DNA of 64,000 nt, taken from contig JAOPTT010000001.1 in assembly GCA_051531975.1 (NCBI GenBank), forward strand, positions 179,720-243,719, read 5' to 3'. Positions 62,632 to 64,000 of the stretch are shown in pieces. Source of the DNA: Spirochaetaceae bacterium (GTDB lineage: Bacteria > Spirochaetota > Spirochaetia > DSM-2461). The translations under genes and the position numbers were made by a program. The first letter of the stretch is position 1. Every line of letters starts with the position of its first letter. Below the pieces are notes generated by a model. It did not search any database, was not told the origin of the DNA, and saw only the letters and a program-made list of their open reading frames with translations.

Positions 62632-63618
62632 TTATTTATTCAAAAAAGTTCTAAACCATAGTAGGTCAGCTTTTTGTGCATCGGATTGATTTTTTGCAAT
62701 ATTATGATCATCTCCAGGGTAATTTACTAGTTGAATATTTTTTAGGTAACCATAATTCTGGGCTCTCTGTATAAACATTTTACTCCATGAATATGGAACA
62801 ACGATATCAGTATCAGCATGTCTAATTTTAATTGATGTTTTAATATATTTTAGATATTCATAATATCTAATGCTTTCTATTTCTGATATACCAATTTTTA
62901 ATAACGAATCCTGTAACTCCTTTTTATATTTAATAATTACATCTACTGCAGAAGGTTCTGTGACTGCCTCTAATCCATAGTTCTTACGGCCGCGTCCTTT
63001 ATAATAAAAGTTAGATTCTTCTAAGTTTATGGTTACAGGGGCCCACATTGACGCAGCTTTTATTTTATTTGGAAGTACTGATAATAGTCTAGCGACTGTA
63101 TCTCCACCATTTGAATGACCCATTAGAAATATATTATTGGTATCTATGTTATCTAATGATTCTATTGATGTTAGAAGTTGAAGCATGTCTTCTAAAAAGT
63201 ATAGTTTTGCTACATTTCCATCGTAACTACTTCCACTTCCAGAACGTCCATGGCTTCTCAAATCTGGTTTAATTACAACAAATTCACTGCTGGCATATCT
63301 ATTAAACATATATTTATATGAGTTAAATGTTGAATATTGTTTAGGTGGAATATGACCATGAATTAAAATGAGTAATGGATATCCATCTATTGGCTTTTCT
63401 GACTTGGGAACTGACATTAAAGCATACTCTTTAGCATCGTTTACGTTGAAAGAGATGTCATAACTTGAATATTTATTATAATTACCAACTTCAGATTCTA
63501 CCGTAATTATATTTTTAGGAAAGGTTCTATTCTTTAAATCTTTTATAGACAAAGTTGAAACTTCTGAGTATATAGATGACGATACAATTAACAATATTAA
63601 AAAAAATACTTTATTCAT
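62632..63618 (-). CDS. Secreted alpha/beta hydrolase (peptidase S9-like)
   Basis: Signal peptide, IHG, PDLRSHG, nucleophile GHSNGG, DIVVP, GDDH. Confidence 0.85.
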   Translation of the reverse strand: MNKVFFLILLIVSSSIYSEVSTLSIKDLKNRTFPKNIITVESEVGNYNKYSSYDISFNVNDAKEYALMSVPKSEKPIDGYPLLILIHGHIPPKQYSTFNSYKYMFNRYASSEFVVIKPDLRSHGRSGSGSSYDGNVAKLYFLEDMLQLLTSIESLDNIDTNNIFLMGHSNGGDTVARLLSVLPNKIKAASMWAPVTINLEESNFYYKGRGRKNYGLEAVTEPSAVDVIIKYKKELQDSLLKIGISEIESIRYYEYLKYIKTSIKIRHADTDIVVPYSWSKMFIQRAQNYGYLKNIQLVNYPGDDHNIAKNQSDAQKADLLWFRTFLNK

Positions 63619-63685
63619 ATCTTAAGTATAATATATTCCTAGTTAAATACTGCAAATTTTATACATAGAAACCACTAAAAGATTA

Positions 63686-63864
63686 GATGATTCCTTCTTT
63701 GGGCGGCGGGACGATTCTTCCTTTAGCCAGCGGGACGATCCCTCCTTCTGTCGGAATCGTTATAAACAGAAAAACCAACCCTATCGGTTGGTTTCATTTA
63801 TGTATTCGATTTCATTTATTACTATTGGAGAGACGATTCTTCCTTCAGTCAGAATCGTTATAAA
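63686..63864. repeat. Cluster of four related GC-rich REP-like units
   Basis: GAYGATYCYT-led units at 63686, 63710, 63734, 63832; the last two end GAATCGTTATAAA and fold as hairpins. Confidence 0.75.
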
Positions 63865-63877
63865 TAAAAAGTCTAGT

Positions 63878-64000
63878 TTAATAACCCCAACTCAAAGCAG
63901 TTTGCCTTGAGCCTACTATCCCACTAACATTATACTTTTCGTTAGAAAATGTATAACTATCCTTAAGTTTAATTGTAATTTCGAAGATAACACCTATGGC
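63878..64000 (-). CDS. 3' end of a gene continuing beyond the window
   Basis: Open frame AIGVIFEITIKLK...LSWGY* read by hand. Confidence 0.5.
   Translation of the reverse strand, partial: AIGVIFEITIKLKDSYTFSNEKYNVSGIVGSRQTALSWGY

Noticed and set aside
63686..63864. Possible CRISPR array or tRNA
   Set aside because: Units are degenerate, adjacent or irregularly spaced, with no cas genes; no T-loop or cloverleaf

Overview
AT-rich bacterial chromosomal window, probably from a free-living Spirochaetaceae member. This is an inference from 'LFA/CFA-x-G/N-x-x-E'-type solute-binding-protein signal peptides and a spirochaete-like SSB remnant. It is mostly metabolic and regulatory. It holds a LacI-controlled sugar ABC transporter with a sulfatase, msrBA, an ErcA/ErcS-like ADH-kinase pair, a DAACS symporter, ACR3, and a multi-PAS hybrid kinase. 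It also holds an MBL-fold/2x cNMP protein, a hut operon with fused FTCD under a MarR-GNAT regulator, a YesMN-controlled GH5/sugar ABC locus, two trans-sulfuration enzymes, an SNF2 ATPase with a conserved-looking partner, trkAH and xylA. At about 38.1-41.7 kb there is a decayed region (split CPBP protease, ssb, MmcQ/YjbR and IS481 remnants) in which only hicAB is intact. No rRNA, tRNA, CRISPR array or intact integrase was recognised. Best leads for undescribed biology: five genes with an identical leaderless-type architecture (-10 box, 6 nt, start codon), the SNF2+partner pair, the MBL-cNMP protein, a structured 5' leader before an Mpv17/PMP22-like gene, and the ErcA/ErcS module without a response regulator. 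All calls are by-eye motif recognition; no searches were run.
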